From contig OZ076409.1 in the NCBI GenBank assembly GCA_964187785.1, positions 75,766,001-75,830,000 on the forward strand: a stretch of DNA of 64,000 nucleotides. Direction: 5' to 3'. A model generated the notes under the pieces. It ran no database searches. It was not told the DNA's origin and was given only the letters and a program-made list of their open reading frames with translations. A program made the position numbers and the translations under genes. Positions 25,683-38,697 of this stretch are shown here, piece after piece; the first letter of the stretch is position 1; each line of letters begins with the position of its first letter. This DNA comes from Amphiscolops sp. MND2022 (taxonomy: Eukaryota).

Positions 25683-27875
25683 GTGGAGGTTATTTTATAA
25701 TAATTCATGTGTTTTTTTCCGGAGTTTGTGGCTTTGGAAAAAACAAAAGGCGAGAAATCGTGCACTCCGGGCTGAACCGTATACACTCAAATTTCGCCCA
25801 TTTTTTATACGATCTCGAAACCCAGCCGTACGATTTTGCTCAAAATTTGCATGCGGCTACAAAATCAGATTCTAAGAACTATTTCCTGGTGACATTTTTT
25901 TGAAATTTTTGTGTACGTTTCCCCCCCGCCCCCTAAAGGGGTCACTTTTCCCCACTTTTGCACTTATGAGTCAAATTCTCAAAACTGGTGGATCTGAGCG
26001 TATTCCTGACGGGGACAACTTTTAACAAGCGCTCCTCAGTCGACCTTTTTGACTTTTTACTTTGGTGGTACGTTCACCCCCCGAGGAGGAAATTGCGTTT
26101 TTGTGACTTCCGGTCGAGGCTTTTTTCACCCAAAAATTAGAATTAAGCCAGTTTTGAGCAGGAAGGAGTGGATTTAAAGTGCCTGTACCCTGCTAAAAAT
26201 TTGTTGGGCTTGTAGCGATATATCTCATACCAAGTCTGGTTTTCACCCCCAAACCCCCCTTGAGACCAAAATTCACCCAAAGTTTTTTACCTCTGTTTGT
26301 AGTTTTTTTACCGAATATCGTCATTTCCATGGGTACGGAGTTGAATTAGGGGCTCCTAATAGGGTACCGATGTTCAAGTACACTTGCAGTGCAACTGAGT
26401 GACCCTTTTTGGGCCTCTCCTGTGTTCGGCAAGGACCGGAAGTGGTGTAACCCCCCCTTTTTTGACGTTTGTTGACCTTGAGACTCGCGCTTAGATGACG
26501 TTTATGTCGCGCAAATCCTACAAACAAGTATTAGGATGTCATGCTAGCCAACTAGAGAGCAGTAAGGGAAACAATAATATATCGGAAGTAACCCCCCGTG
26601 ACCGGAAGTTGTCATTTTTGACCGGAAATGGTCCAAAACCTAGCGTTAAAGCAGTTTTTCATTGCTTTTAAAGTCAACTTCTTACATTTTTCAATCTGCG
26701 CGAGCTTTTCTTCAGGTTCGTTTTTGTTGCCGGTGCACAGCAACGAATATACAACTGTAAAATTTTCGCTATAAAATCGTCGGAGAGAGAAATAACGGAA
26801 TATTTGGAGTTTTTTTCGAAAATATTAGTCTATATCTGTCATTTTTACCCAATGTTATTCAACAGTAGAACCACAGATTTTATTCTCTGCCCAAAAATAT
26901 GCCTAACAAATTCACCTGTCCCTTTGGTTGCAGTTTGAGCATTCTAGCTTTTTCTGGTCACAAGTAAGGGGACTTGAAAAAGTTTCAAAAATTTTTCCGA
27001 AAAATTTTTCTAAACGTCATGTCTCCCAAAGTTAAGAAACTTCCGCACAACTAGGATTACAAGTGAATGCACGTGGTAAGACCTCTAATTGGAGAGAAAA
27101 ATTCAGTTTAGAACGTCTCTTTATCGTAACGTGACGTTAAGAGAAGTTGCTTTGAATGCGAGCTTGATGAGACGTCGAGAAGTAACAGTGTGTAAATGGA
27201 ACCTATGTCTCGACAAATACTCATCGGAATACATGAGATGAACCCCAATTACCCTCAATTTCAGTTGCCTAGTACAACAACGTCTTCCAAGGACCCTTTA
27301 ATCTTTTTGATAAGCGTTGAAGTCATCAATAGATTGAGTTCGCAAGAAACAATTGAGTACATTCTCATCTCTCCCCATCGGGTGAGATGAGAATGTTTTT
27401 GCTGAAAGTCAGGTACTACGGCCCAATTTTGTTTCATTGCGACGCATTCTGTGCTTTAGCACATAGATACTTTTATTCCGTCTCACTTTTTGTATACACT
27501 CTGATTTGTTGTTATGAATTTCTCGTCATTACTTTACATAAACTAATTACCATAAAACTTTAACGTCAAAGCCACATTCATTTAGACACCCACCATTCCG
27601 TAGGTATGCCGAGGTATGCCATTCGAAGATGTAGGTCAAACGCAAATGCGATAAAAATAGTGCTGAAAATCGGAAACAGTGACAAACAATTTTGACTTTT
27701 TGATATTTGTTAGGTTTTCATATGGAACTTACACATCACTGACAATTCAAAACATTCCAGCTGACGCTCACATACAAACATCAACGCCCACCGTCTGTGG
27801 GCATGCCTCGGCATGCCCTTCGACGACGTATAGCAAATTCCTTTAATATCTACACCCAATTGCGGTAGCTGCTAG
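25683..27875 (+). mobile_element. Family C unit (2193 bp), single copy, with D-related right arm
   Basis: Bounded by CTGG|GTGG and CTAG|GTGG junctions; carries the left motif gatctcgaaacccagccgtacgattttgctcaaaatttgcatg and both D-type hairpins. Confidence 0.7.
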
Positions 27876-28908
27876 GTGGTCCGGGGTAGTTCCCCACATT
27901 ATTTAGTGCGAGGCCGGGGAGGGTCCCGATGCCGAGCTTAATTTTCGCGTGTCGTACTATATCCTTTAGCACACCAGTCAAAAAACGGCGATTTTCGAAT
28001 TGAACCGATAAAACTTCTTTAAACTTTGCATGTGTACTTATCTTGCCGATGTAAGAATGATGTTCTGCTGGTCAAACATGATCCTATTACTTGGCGGGAA
28101 GTTATGAGCAAATGATCGGGTTTTTCACCCATTTTCGGTACTTTTTCGCTGCGCTATCTGCAGCATGTGGATACAATTGGCTGATACTTTGCATGCGAGG
28201 CATAAATGATGTCAGGTGTGTGCATGCCTAAAATCATTAGGCTGGTGATACTAGGCTGAGAGATAGAAGTAGAAAAAGAAGTGGAAAATTGTGAATTTTC
28301 CGGTCATCGCGTCATAACTTCCGATCTTTGGATGAGATGGTGTTTACTTGAGCGGTAGCAGTGCAGGCGATGTGTTTTCAACATCACCTGGCCAGGATAA
28401 AAAATAAAAAATAAAAAAGTTCTACAAAAGTTCTACAAAAATTCTAAAAATTGCGAATTTTTCAAAAAAAAAGATTTTCTCGTTTTTCGATGCTTTTTCA
28501 CATTTTGAACGCAAAAAAGAAGTGACTCTGCACTTACGGTGACAACTAAAGGGGTTTCAGAGGTCACAAAAAGTAAATCAGACAAAACTGAACTGTTCTT
28601 TCAGTTGTTGGAACTGAAATTGTCAGTATATTTTTGTTGAATTGTAAATAACAACATCACCGTTCTCCGGAGGACCGCGAAGCAGTTCGGAGGAAGAACG
28701 GTGATAACAAACAACCATGGCCTGTACATCACCTGTGGTGGTTCGCGCGTGCGGTATAGGATGAATTATTGCTGATGAAAGAACACTTTTGAGCAACTGT
28801 TGTACAAAGCAAACAATTGATGGTTGTTATCCTGTGACTTTTGCCTCATTGCTTACCTCTACAATGTCATTACGGCCTTTCTCGTGATTGTACCTTTGCC
28901 TCCACTGG
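27876..28908 (+). mobile_element. Family B unit, subtype B2 (1033 bp)
   Basis: Diverged copy of 13811-14841 with the same termini. Confidence 0.75.
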
Positions 28909-31900
28909 GTGGTCCGGGGCTTAATTTGCCCCACAGTAGTCATTGCGAGGCCTGGGGAGGGTCCCGGAGCCGAGCGCTATATACAAAATGCATCCATGGT
29001 AGACCGGGAGAAAAACAAGCGATTTTCCAATCTAACCGTTAGATTTCCATGAAACTTTGCACACATACATAAAATCAAATTCTAAGAACTTTTTTCCCCT
29101 GACGTATCATGATTGAAACATTTGTTGAAAAGTTATGTGCAAATGATCGTGTTTTTTGGCCATTTTTCGCATTTTTCACGCAGCAGCTCCACACTTTACG
29201 CTATGCATTTGGCCCATTTTTTGCGTGCGAGGCATAAATGATGTCATGTTTACACATGCCAAAAATTATTTCTCAATTCGCAACAGGAGTGGAGATATGG
29301 CGGATAATACTGGCGGAAAATTCAATATTTACGAAAATTTGCACATATTTGGCCAACATTTGTTTGAAAAATGAGAAAAATTAAAAAGGCCGCGGATTGC
29401 GTTGAAACTTGGCACACAGGTAGTAGAACAAATTTTAAGAACTTTTTTCTCCTGACATTTTTCCGAAAAATTGCATCTTGAACCTATATTTGCAATATTT
29501 CGGGTTTCTTGATTCAAGGTGATTTATCACTCACATATTCAAAGTCCATTTTCAGCATGAAGCAACGCAGATACCGGCAATGTGCACATATTGCAAAATC
29601 ATCAACGGCCAACGGTCTACCGAACGGTCCAAAAAAATTTTCCCCTCGGGCCCAATCAAAGTGGCCAAAAGTGGCAAAAGTTTTTTTCCAACAGTATCAC
29701 CATTACAAAATTGATGATTTGACCAGGAGGAACGGTCCGCACGGTCTCGGACCATAAGGTGAAAAAGTGTCAGTGAGTTATGGTGACGACCAAAATGACA
29801 TTGGTTGACCTCTAAGATGCCTCTGGAAAAATTTGATTTTTTTGAGTCGCGGTCCGAGTTGATCCGTTACGTTGTATCAACATTTCATAATCATGTTACT
29901 CATAACCGAGTACAGATAGCACCGTCGGTCATCTTTATCAAAATGAACATTGGGCAGCGGTCTAACGATTGAGTGCAAAAAATATACCTTAGTTGCCATA
30001 GTGAAAGAAAAAAATTTTCAGAAATGTTGTTTTCAATTTTTCATGTCGACTCGGAGTTACAAAAATGTGATTTTCTCTTCAGGAACGGTCCGAACGGTCT
30101 CGGTCAATAAGATCAAAATTTGTCAGTGTGACATGGTGGCGCCCAAAAACACATCAGAACACTGGTAGTAGGCTTCTGAACGAATTTCGAATTTTTGCGT
30201 GGGTCCGAGAGTTATAGTGTCACATCGTAACTACATTTCGGGTATGCATATCTCCTCACAGAGTACAGATAGCATCATGGGTCACATTTTCGAAAAAGAA
30301 CGTGGGCCACTGGTCTATCGATTGGTTATAAAAAGTTTTCAATTACTGCTGCACGGCGTGAATATTATGCCAAGATGGGGTATTTAGCATTTTTTTGCAC
30401 GACTCGGACCTACAAAAGGCCCATTTCTGCTCCACCAACGGTCCGTACGGTCTTCGACCATAAGGTGAAAAAGTGTCAGTGTGCTATGGTGACGCCCAAA
30501 AACCCGCCAGTACACTTGTAGAGTGCTTCCGAAAAATTTTGGAATTTTTAGGTGAGTCCGAGAGTTATAGAGAGTTATGTTGTCACATCGTAACTACATT
30601 TCGGGAATGTATATCTCCTGACACAGTACAGATACCAAAATGGGTTAACTTTTGGAAAGTGAACGTGGGCCACTGGCCTACCGAATGGTGATAAAAAGTT
30701 TTCACCAGTTGCTACAGGGAGTGATAAAAATGCTTACATGGGTTACATAGCATTTTTTCAGGCGACTCGGACTTACAAAAAGCTCATTTGCTCGCGAACA
30801 ACGGTCTGTACGGTCTCCACTCAATGGGTCGAAAATTTTTTGTGGGCTATGGTGACGCTCAAAAACCCACCGGTTTACTTGTGGGATGATTCTGTAAAAA
30901 TTTAGTGTTTTCGTGCAGACTATGTTACATATTACATTGGGAACCGTGTTTTTTTCTCTCCAAAATCATGTTTTTGAGTGCCCAAAAACTGTTTTTAAAG
31001 CCCAGTAGCCATCTAAAATGTACTTTTGCATAACATGGGGTGTGAGTAACGTGAAGAAAGTGCTCACTGTGGATTTGGAGTTATGTCGAAAAAATCAGCT
31101 GCCATTAGACGTTACATTAGAGAAAATCGTACCTTACATATCGATTCATGGGTTGAGTCAAAAACAACTAAAGTTCTTTTTCAGTCAATCAAAACTCTTT
31201 TTTGTTCACAACCAAGTGTACTGCTGACGTCGAACCTGTTTTGACCTTCCACAATGGTTATAGTGCAATTTTGAGGTACAAAAGCCTCGTTGACAAACAA
31301 AATTCCAAGATGAAATTGCTTTCCAAATCATTTTTTGAAGTATAGGAACGCCATTTTTAGCCGACAACCATCAAATATCCACTTCTCTTGGCCCAGTGGC
31401 TTGTGAAAAATACAACTGGGCATTGACAAGGCACAAGGACCTTACTTCGAGTAGTCATGTGCCACAATATTTGCTAATCGATAGCAAATTTTGTTGAAAA
31501 TTGATGCAACATCACATTTTTGGTGGACTCGAAATGACAAATTGGAGCTTCTGCAGCAACTATAGGCTTTTAGTGCAACTCAGTGGCACTGTTATTTAGG
31601 AAAATACGGTCTACAGTAGTTTCATGCTATTTTTTCAGAATCTGAGGTACATAAAAATATCATACTGAATAGACATATGACTTAAACATTGGAATTTTTC
31701 CGGTTGTGTCACCACTTTTTTGGTATCAGCGGTCCTACCAACACTGTTTTTGGTCTAAAACTAAACCCGAGACTCAACCAAGATGTATATCAGACTTGTA
31801 TAATCAATGCAAGGACTTTCGACATGTCAAAAGTACTGATAAGAAGAGAAACTTCTCAAAAAATCATGTTATGTGTCATATTCCATTCCACGTTTTTTAA

Positions 31901-33807
31901 TCGGTGCTTGTCGGTTATGGTATTAACGCTCAACAACGACCTCACTGACAACAAACAACTCGTTTATAGTCATTAAAAGTGTTTATAATACAACCATGTT
32001 TGGTCTGGACACATTTTTTATCCCATTCGTTCGTAACAATGAAAATTTTTTCCCCAATAACCCAATTTTTGTCAGGTCGAAAACTGATTTCTCGTGTTTT
32101 GAACAACATTATTGTGTCTGACGTAACCTGTGGCCTCCAAATTACTGAAAAAGAGATATATGACTGGTATCAAATGCTTCAGTGACATGTGAGCCACGAT
32201 AACACGTTTTGCAAAGAAAAATTCAACTTTCAACTGAAAATTTCGAAGACACATTTTCACAATAGAAACAGAATATATAACAATCTAACCTAATTCCCGT
32301 CAATTACTATTAATCTAGTATCATTGTTGCGAATATGAGGTCCATACAGGGGTGTATGGAAAAAATATGGCGCATAAAGCATTGTGTAACACAAAGTTTA
32401 CCAAAGTACTAAGAATTTGTCACGGTTTTTTTGCACTCTAACTCAAAAAATTGATGGTGTAAACATCAATGAGCAGTTCAATTACGTACGGTTTATCAAC
32501 TGTGTATCTTTTTCAAAGTGCACGATCTTTCTGTTGTTCCAAACTCCTTTGTTAGGGCTGAAAAGTGTCATATGTTTTACAACGCAATGTTCATTAAAAG
32601 ATACATTAGCAAAGACCGAATCAACTTCACAGCAGGTAATCAAATTCTCAATACGTCTTTCAGTACTTGGATTTCGCAGACTATATAGATTTCATTTGCA
32701 TTTTTATAAAGACTTTATAACTGAATCTTGCATTTTTATAAAGAGTTTATAAAAAATTTTCGTGATAGCCTTCCAAGTTGGCCTTCGGCCAACTTGGAAG
32801 GCTAACACTACAAACACCAAAAACCAGGAGTTCCTTTAATCTCAAAATAGGCGGGGAAACTTTCATTGAACTTTCTTTTCTTACGTTAATTGATAAAGTC
32901 AGGACTTGAGCATTTCTATTCGCTATACGATGACCACCATTGTGTTCTAAAAAAAAAATCTTTCCTTGTGACGCTTAAATATACCATAAAAACTAACTTG
33001 AAACATATGAATTGTAAGTGGAACGTACATTTATCTAACCAATGAGTGGCTATTCCTATTGGTTCCACGAAATCCTCTACCCCTCCACCAGACAGTACGT
33101 TACATCATACGTTGATGTCTTCCACAGTGGTGACATAGGGCAAAAAAAGGAAATGGAGTTGGAGTGTATGTATTTCTAATGCATTTAAGTCAGCCACTTG
33201 TGATAGGAAAGGTTCAAAACTACGGAATAAATCTATCCTAGCTGAAAATTATTTGGGCAAAAACATGGCACACAAAAAAACTTCAAAAATTTCCAGCAGT
33301 CAATTCCTTCCACAAAAATTTTTCTGTCCCATTGTGAATAATTTCAATATTTGGAATTCGCCTGTCCCGTCATCTTCGCATCTCAGCTCGGTCACAACAG
33401 AGCTTTCTTTTTTACAATTCTCTCCACCCATTTCCACATAACGAGGCAGTTACGTTCACTATTTGGAGTGTTATTGGAGATTATAAGGCATTAATCACTG
33501 TAATGAACAATTACTTCTAATGTTGAAACTCTTCCACTTTTCTTTGTAAATTGTTAAAGTAGAACATCGCTTTTATGCAGCAGGAACGTCGCGTTGGCTT
33601 GCAGATTGATGGATAATAAGTGACAAGTAGCATTGTAAGGCACCACGTGTCGTGGAGATGCCAAGTATGAAATACGTTGAACACAACAAAGACTACTTTT
33701 GTCAACAGAACGGAAAACGAAAATTTTATTGTTGAAAATTCTTATCTTTCTATACACATTTTCCTCGCTTCTCGGCAGTGTAACTGCAACAACCTCGCCT
33801 CCACTGG
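28909..33807 (+). mobile_element. Family A unit, alpha subtype (4899 bp)
   Basis: A termini, collinear with other A units. Confidence 0.75.
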
Positions 33808-36800
33808 GTGGTCCGGGGTGGTCCCCCACATGAACTTTTGCGAGGCCGGGGAGGGTCCCGGAGCCGAGCGCATTATCCAAAATACATCACTAGTCCACCG
33901 GGTCCGATTTCGGCGATTTTGGAAACTAACCATACGATTTTGATGAAACTTTGCACACATACCTAAAATCAAATTATAAGAACTTTTTTCCCCTGACGTA
34001 TCATCATTGAAACATTTGTTGAAAAGTTATGTGCAAATGATCGTGTTTTTTGGCCATTTTTCGCATTTTTCACGTAGCAGCTACACACTTTACGCTATGC
34101 ATTTGGCCCATTTTTTGCGTGCGAGGCATAAATGATGTCATGTTTATACATGCCAAAAATTATTTCTCAATGCGCAATAGGAGCGGAGATATGGCGGATA
34201 ATATTGGCGGTAAATTCAATATTTACGAAAATTTGCACATATTTGGCCAACATTTGTTTGAAAAATGAGAAAAATTAAAAAGTCCGCGGATTGCGTTGAA
34301 ACTTGGCACACAGGTAGTACAACAAATTCTAAGAACTTTTTTCTTCTGACGTTTTTCCGAAAAATTGCATCTTGAACCTATATTTGCAATATTTCGGGTT
34401 TTTTGATTCAAGGTGATTTATCACTCACATATTCAAAGTCCATTTTCAGCATGAAGCAACGCAGATACCGGCAATGTGCACATATTGCAAAATCATCAAC
34501 GGCCAACGGTCTACCGAACGGTTCAAAAAAATTTTCCCCTCGGGCCCAATCAAAGTGGCCAAAAGTGGCAAAAGGTTTTTTCCAACAGTATCACCATTAC
34601 AAAATTGATGATTTGACCAGGAGGAACGGTCCGCACGGTCTCGGACCATTAGGTGAAAAAGTGTCAGTGAGTTATGGTGACGACCAAAATGACATTGGTT
34701 GACCTCTAAGATGCCTCTGGAAAAATTTGATTTTTTTGAGTCGCGGTCCGAGTTGATCCGTTACGTTGTATCAACATTTCATAATCATGTTACTCATAAC
34801 CGAGTACAGATAGCACCGTCGGTCATCTTTATCAAAATGAACATTGGGCAGCGGTCTAACGATTGAGTGCAAAAAATATACCTTAGTTGCCATAGTGAAA
34901 GAAAAAAATTGTCAGAAATGTTGTTTTCAATTTTTCATGTCGACTCGGAGTTACAAAAATGTGATTTTCTCTTCAGAAACGGTCCGAACGGTCTCGGTCA
35001 ATAAGATCAAAATTTGTCAGTGTGACATGGTGGCGCCCAAAAACACATCAGAACACTGGTAGTAGGCTTCTGAACGAATTTCGAATTTTTGCGTGGGTCC
35101 GAGAGTTATAGTGTCACATCGTAACTACATTTCGGGTATGCATATCTCCTCACAGAGTACAGATAGCATCATGGGTCACATTTTCGAAAAAGAACGTGGG
35201 CCACTGGTCTATCGATTGGTTATAAAAAGTTTTCAGTCAGTGCTGCACGGCGTGAATAATATGCCAAGATGCGGTATTTAGCATTTTTTTGCACGACTCG
35301 GACCTACAAAAGTCCCATTTCTGCTCCACCAACGGTCCGTACGGTCTTCAACCATAAGGTCAAAAAGTGTCAGTGTGCTATGGTGACGCCCAAAAACCCA
35401 TCAGTACACTTGTACAGTGCTTCTGAAAAATTTTGGAATTTTTAGGTGAGTCCGAGAGTTATAGAGAGTTATGTTGTCACATCGTAACTACATTTCGGGT
35501 ATGTATATCTCCTGACAGAGTACAGATAGCAACATGGGTCATATTTTGGAAAATAAACGTGACCCACTGGCCTACCGAATGATGGTAAAAAGTTTTCATC
35601 AGTTGGTACAGGGAGTGATAAAAGTGCTTACATGTGTTACTTAGCATTTTTTCAGGCGACTCGGACTTACAAAAAGCTCATTTGCTCGCGAACAACGGTC
35701 TGTACGGTCTCCACTCAATGGGTCGAAAATTTTTTGTGGGCTATGGTGACGCTCAAAAACCCATCAGTTTACTTGTGGGATGATTCTGTAAAAATTTAGT
35801 GTTTTCGTGCAGACTATGTTACATATTACATTGGGAACCGTGTTTTTTTCTCTCCAAAATCATGTTTTTGAGTGCCCAAAATCTGTTTTTAAAGCCCAGT
35901 AGCCATCTAAAATGTACTTTTGCATAACATGGGGTGTGAATAACGTGAAGAAAGTGCTCACTGTGGATTTGGAGTTATGTCGAAAAAATCAGCTGCCATT
36001 AGACGTTACATTACAGAAAATCGTACCTTACATATCGATTCATGGGTTGAGTCAAAAACAGCTAAAGTTCTTTTTCAGTCAATCAAGACTCTTTTTTGTT
36101 CACAACCAAGTGTACTGCTGACGTCGAACCTATTTTGACCTTCCACAATGGTTATAGTGCAATTTTGAGGTACAAAAGCCTCGTTGACAAACAAAATTCC
36201 AAGATGAAATTGCTTTCCAAATCATTTTTTAAAGTATAGGAACGCCATTTTTAGCCGACAACCATCAAATATCCACTTTTCTTGGCCCAGTGTCTTGTGA
36301 AAAATACAACTGGGCATTGACAAGGCACAAGGACCTTACTTCGAGTAGTCATGTGCCACAATATTCGCTAATCGATAGCAAATTTTGTTGAAAATTGATA
36401 CAACATCACATATTTGGTGGACTCGAAAAGACAAATTGGAGCTTCTGCAGCAACTATAGGCCCTTAGTGCAACTCAGTGGCACTGTTATTTAGGAAAATA
36501 CGGTCTACAGTAGTTTCATGCTACTTTTTCAGAATCTGAGGCACATAAAAATATCATACTGAATAGACATATGACTTAAACATTGGAATTTTTCCGGTTG
36601 TGTCACCACTTTTTTGGTATCAGCGGTCCTACCAACACTGTTTTTGGTCTAAAACTAAATCCAAGGCTCAACCAAGATGTATATCAGACTTGTAAAATCA
36701 ATGCAAGGACTTTCGACATGTCAAAAGTACTTATAAGAAGAGAAACTTCTCAAAAAATCATGATATGTGTCATATTCCATGCCACGTTTTTTAATCGGTG

Positions 36801-38697
36801 CTTGTCGGTTATGGTATTAACGCTCAACAACGACCTCACTGACAACAAACAACTCGTTTATAGTCATTAAAAGTGTTTATAATACAACCATGCTTGGTCT
36901 GGACACATTTTTTATCCCATTCGTTCGTAACAATAAAAATTTTTTCCCCAATAACCCAATTTTTGTCAGGTCGAAAACTAATTTCTCGTGTTTTGAACAA
37001 CATTATTGTGTCTGACGTAACCTGTAGCCTCCAAAATACTGAAAAAGAGATATATGACTGGTATCAAATGCTTCAGTGACATGTGAGCCACGATAACACG
37101 TTTTGCAAAGAAAAATTCAACTTTCAACTGAAAATTTCGAAGACACATTTTCACAATAGAAACAGAATATATAACAATCTAACCTAATTCCCGTCAATTA
37201 CTATTAATAAAGTATCATTGTTGCGAATATGAGGTCCATACAGGGGTGTATGGGAAAAATATGGCGCATAAAGCATTGTGTAACACAAAGTTTACCAAAG
37301 TACTAAGAATTTGTCACGGTTTTTTTGCACTCTAACTCAAAAATTTGATGGTGTAAACATCAATGAGCAGTTCAATTTAGTACGGATTATCAACTGTGTA
37401 TCTTTTTCAAAGTGCACGATCTTTCGGTTGTTCCAAAATCCTTTGTTAGGGCTGAAAAGTGTCATATGTTTTACAACGCAATGTTCATTAAAAGATACAT
37501 TAGCAAAGACCGAATCAACTTCACAGCAGGTAATCAAATTCTCAATACGTCTTTCAGTACTTGGATTTCGCAGACTATATAGATTTCATTTGCATTTTTA
37601 TAAAGACTTTATAACTGAATCTTGCATTTTTATAAAGAGCTTATAAAAAATTTTCGTGATAGCCTTCCAAGTTGGCCTTCGGCCAACTTGGAAGGCTAAC
37701 ACTACAAACACCAAAAACCAGGAGTTCCTCTAATCTCAAAATAGGCGGGGAAACTATCATTGAACTTTCTTTTCTCACGTTAAATAATAAATTCAGGTCA
37801 TGAGCATTTCTATTCGCTATACGACGACAACCATTGTATTCAATAAATAAATCTTTCCTTGTGACGCTTAAAAATACCATAAAAACTAACTTGAAACATA
37901 TGAATTGTATGTGGAACGTACATTTATCTAACCAATGAGTGGCTACCCCTATTGGTTCCACGAAATCCTCTACCCCTCCACCAGACAGTACGTTACATCA
38001 TACGTTGATGTCTTCCACAGTGGTGACATAGGGCAAAAAAAGGAAATGGAGTTGGAGTGTATGTATTTCTAATGCATTTAAGTCAGCCACTTGTGATAGG
38101 AAAGGTTCAAAACTACGGAATAAATCTATCCTACCTGACAATTATTTGGGCAAACACATGGCACACAAAAATACTTCAAAAATTTCCAGCAGTCAATTCC
38201 TTCCACAACAATTTTTCTCCCCGATTGTGAATAATTTCAATATTTGGAATTCGCCAGTCCCGTCATCTTCGCATCTCAGCTCGGTCACAACAGAACTTTC
38301 TGTTTTACAATTCTCTCCACCCATTTCCACATAACGAGGCAGTTACGTTCACTATTTGGAATGTTATTGGAGATTATAAGGCATTAATAACTGTAATGAA
38401 CAATTACTTCTAATGTTGAAACTCTTCCACTTTTCTTTGTAAATTGTTAAAGTAGAACATCGCTTTTATTCAGCAGGAACGTCTCGTTGGCTTGCAGATT
38501 GATGGATAAGTGACAAGTAGCATTGTAAGGCACCACGTGTCGTGGAGATGCCAAATATGAAATACGTTGAACACAACAAAGACTACTTTTGTCAACAGAA
38601 CGGAAAACGAAAATTTTATTGTTGAAAATTCTTATCTTTCTATACACATTTTCCTCGCTTCTCGGCAGTTTAACTGCAACAACCTCGCCTCCACTGG
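33808..38697 (+). mobile_element. Family A unit, alpha subtype (4890 bp)
   Basis: A termini, collinear with other A units. Confidence 0.75.
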
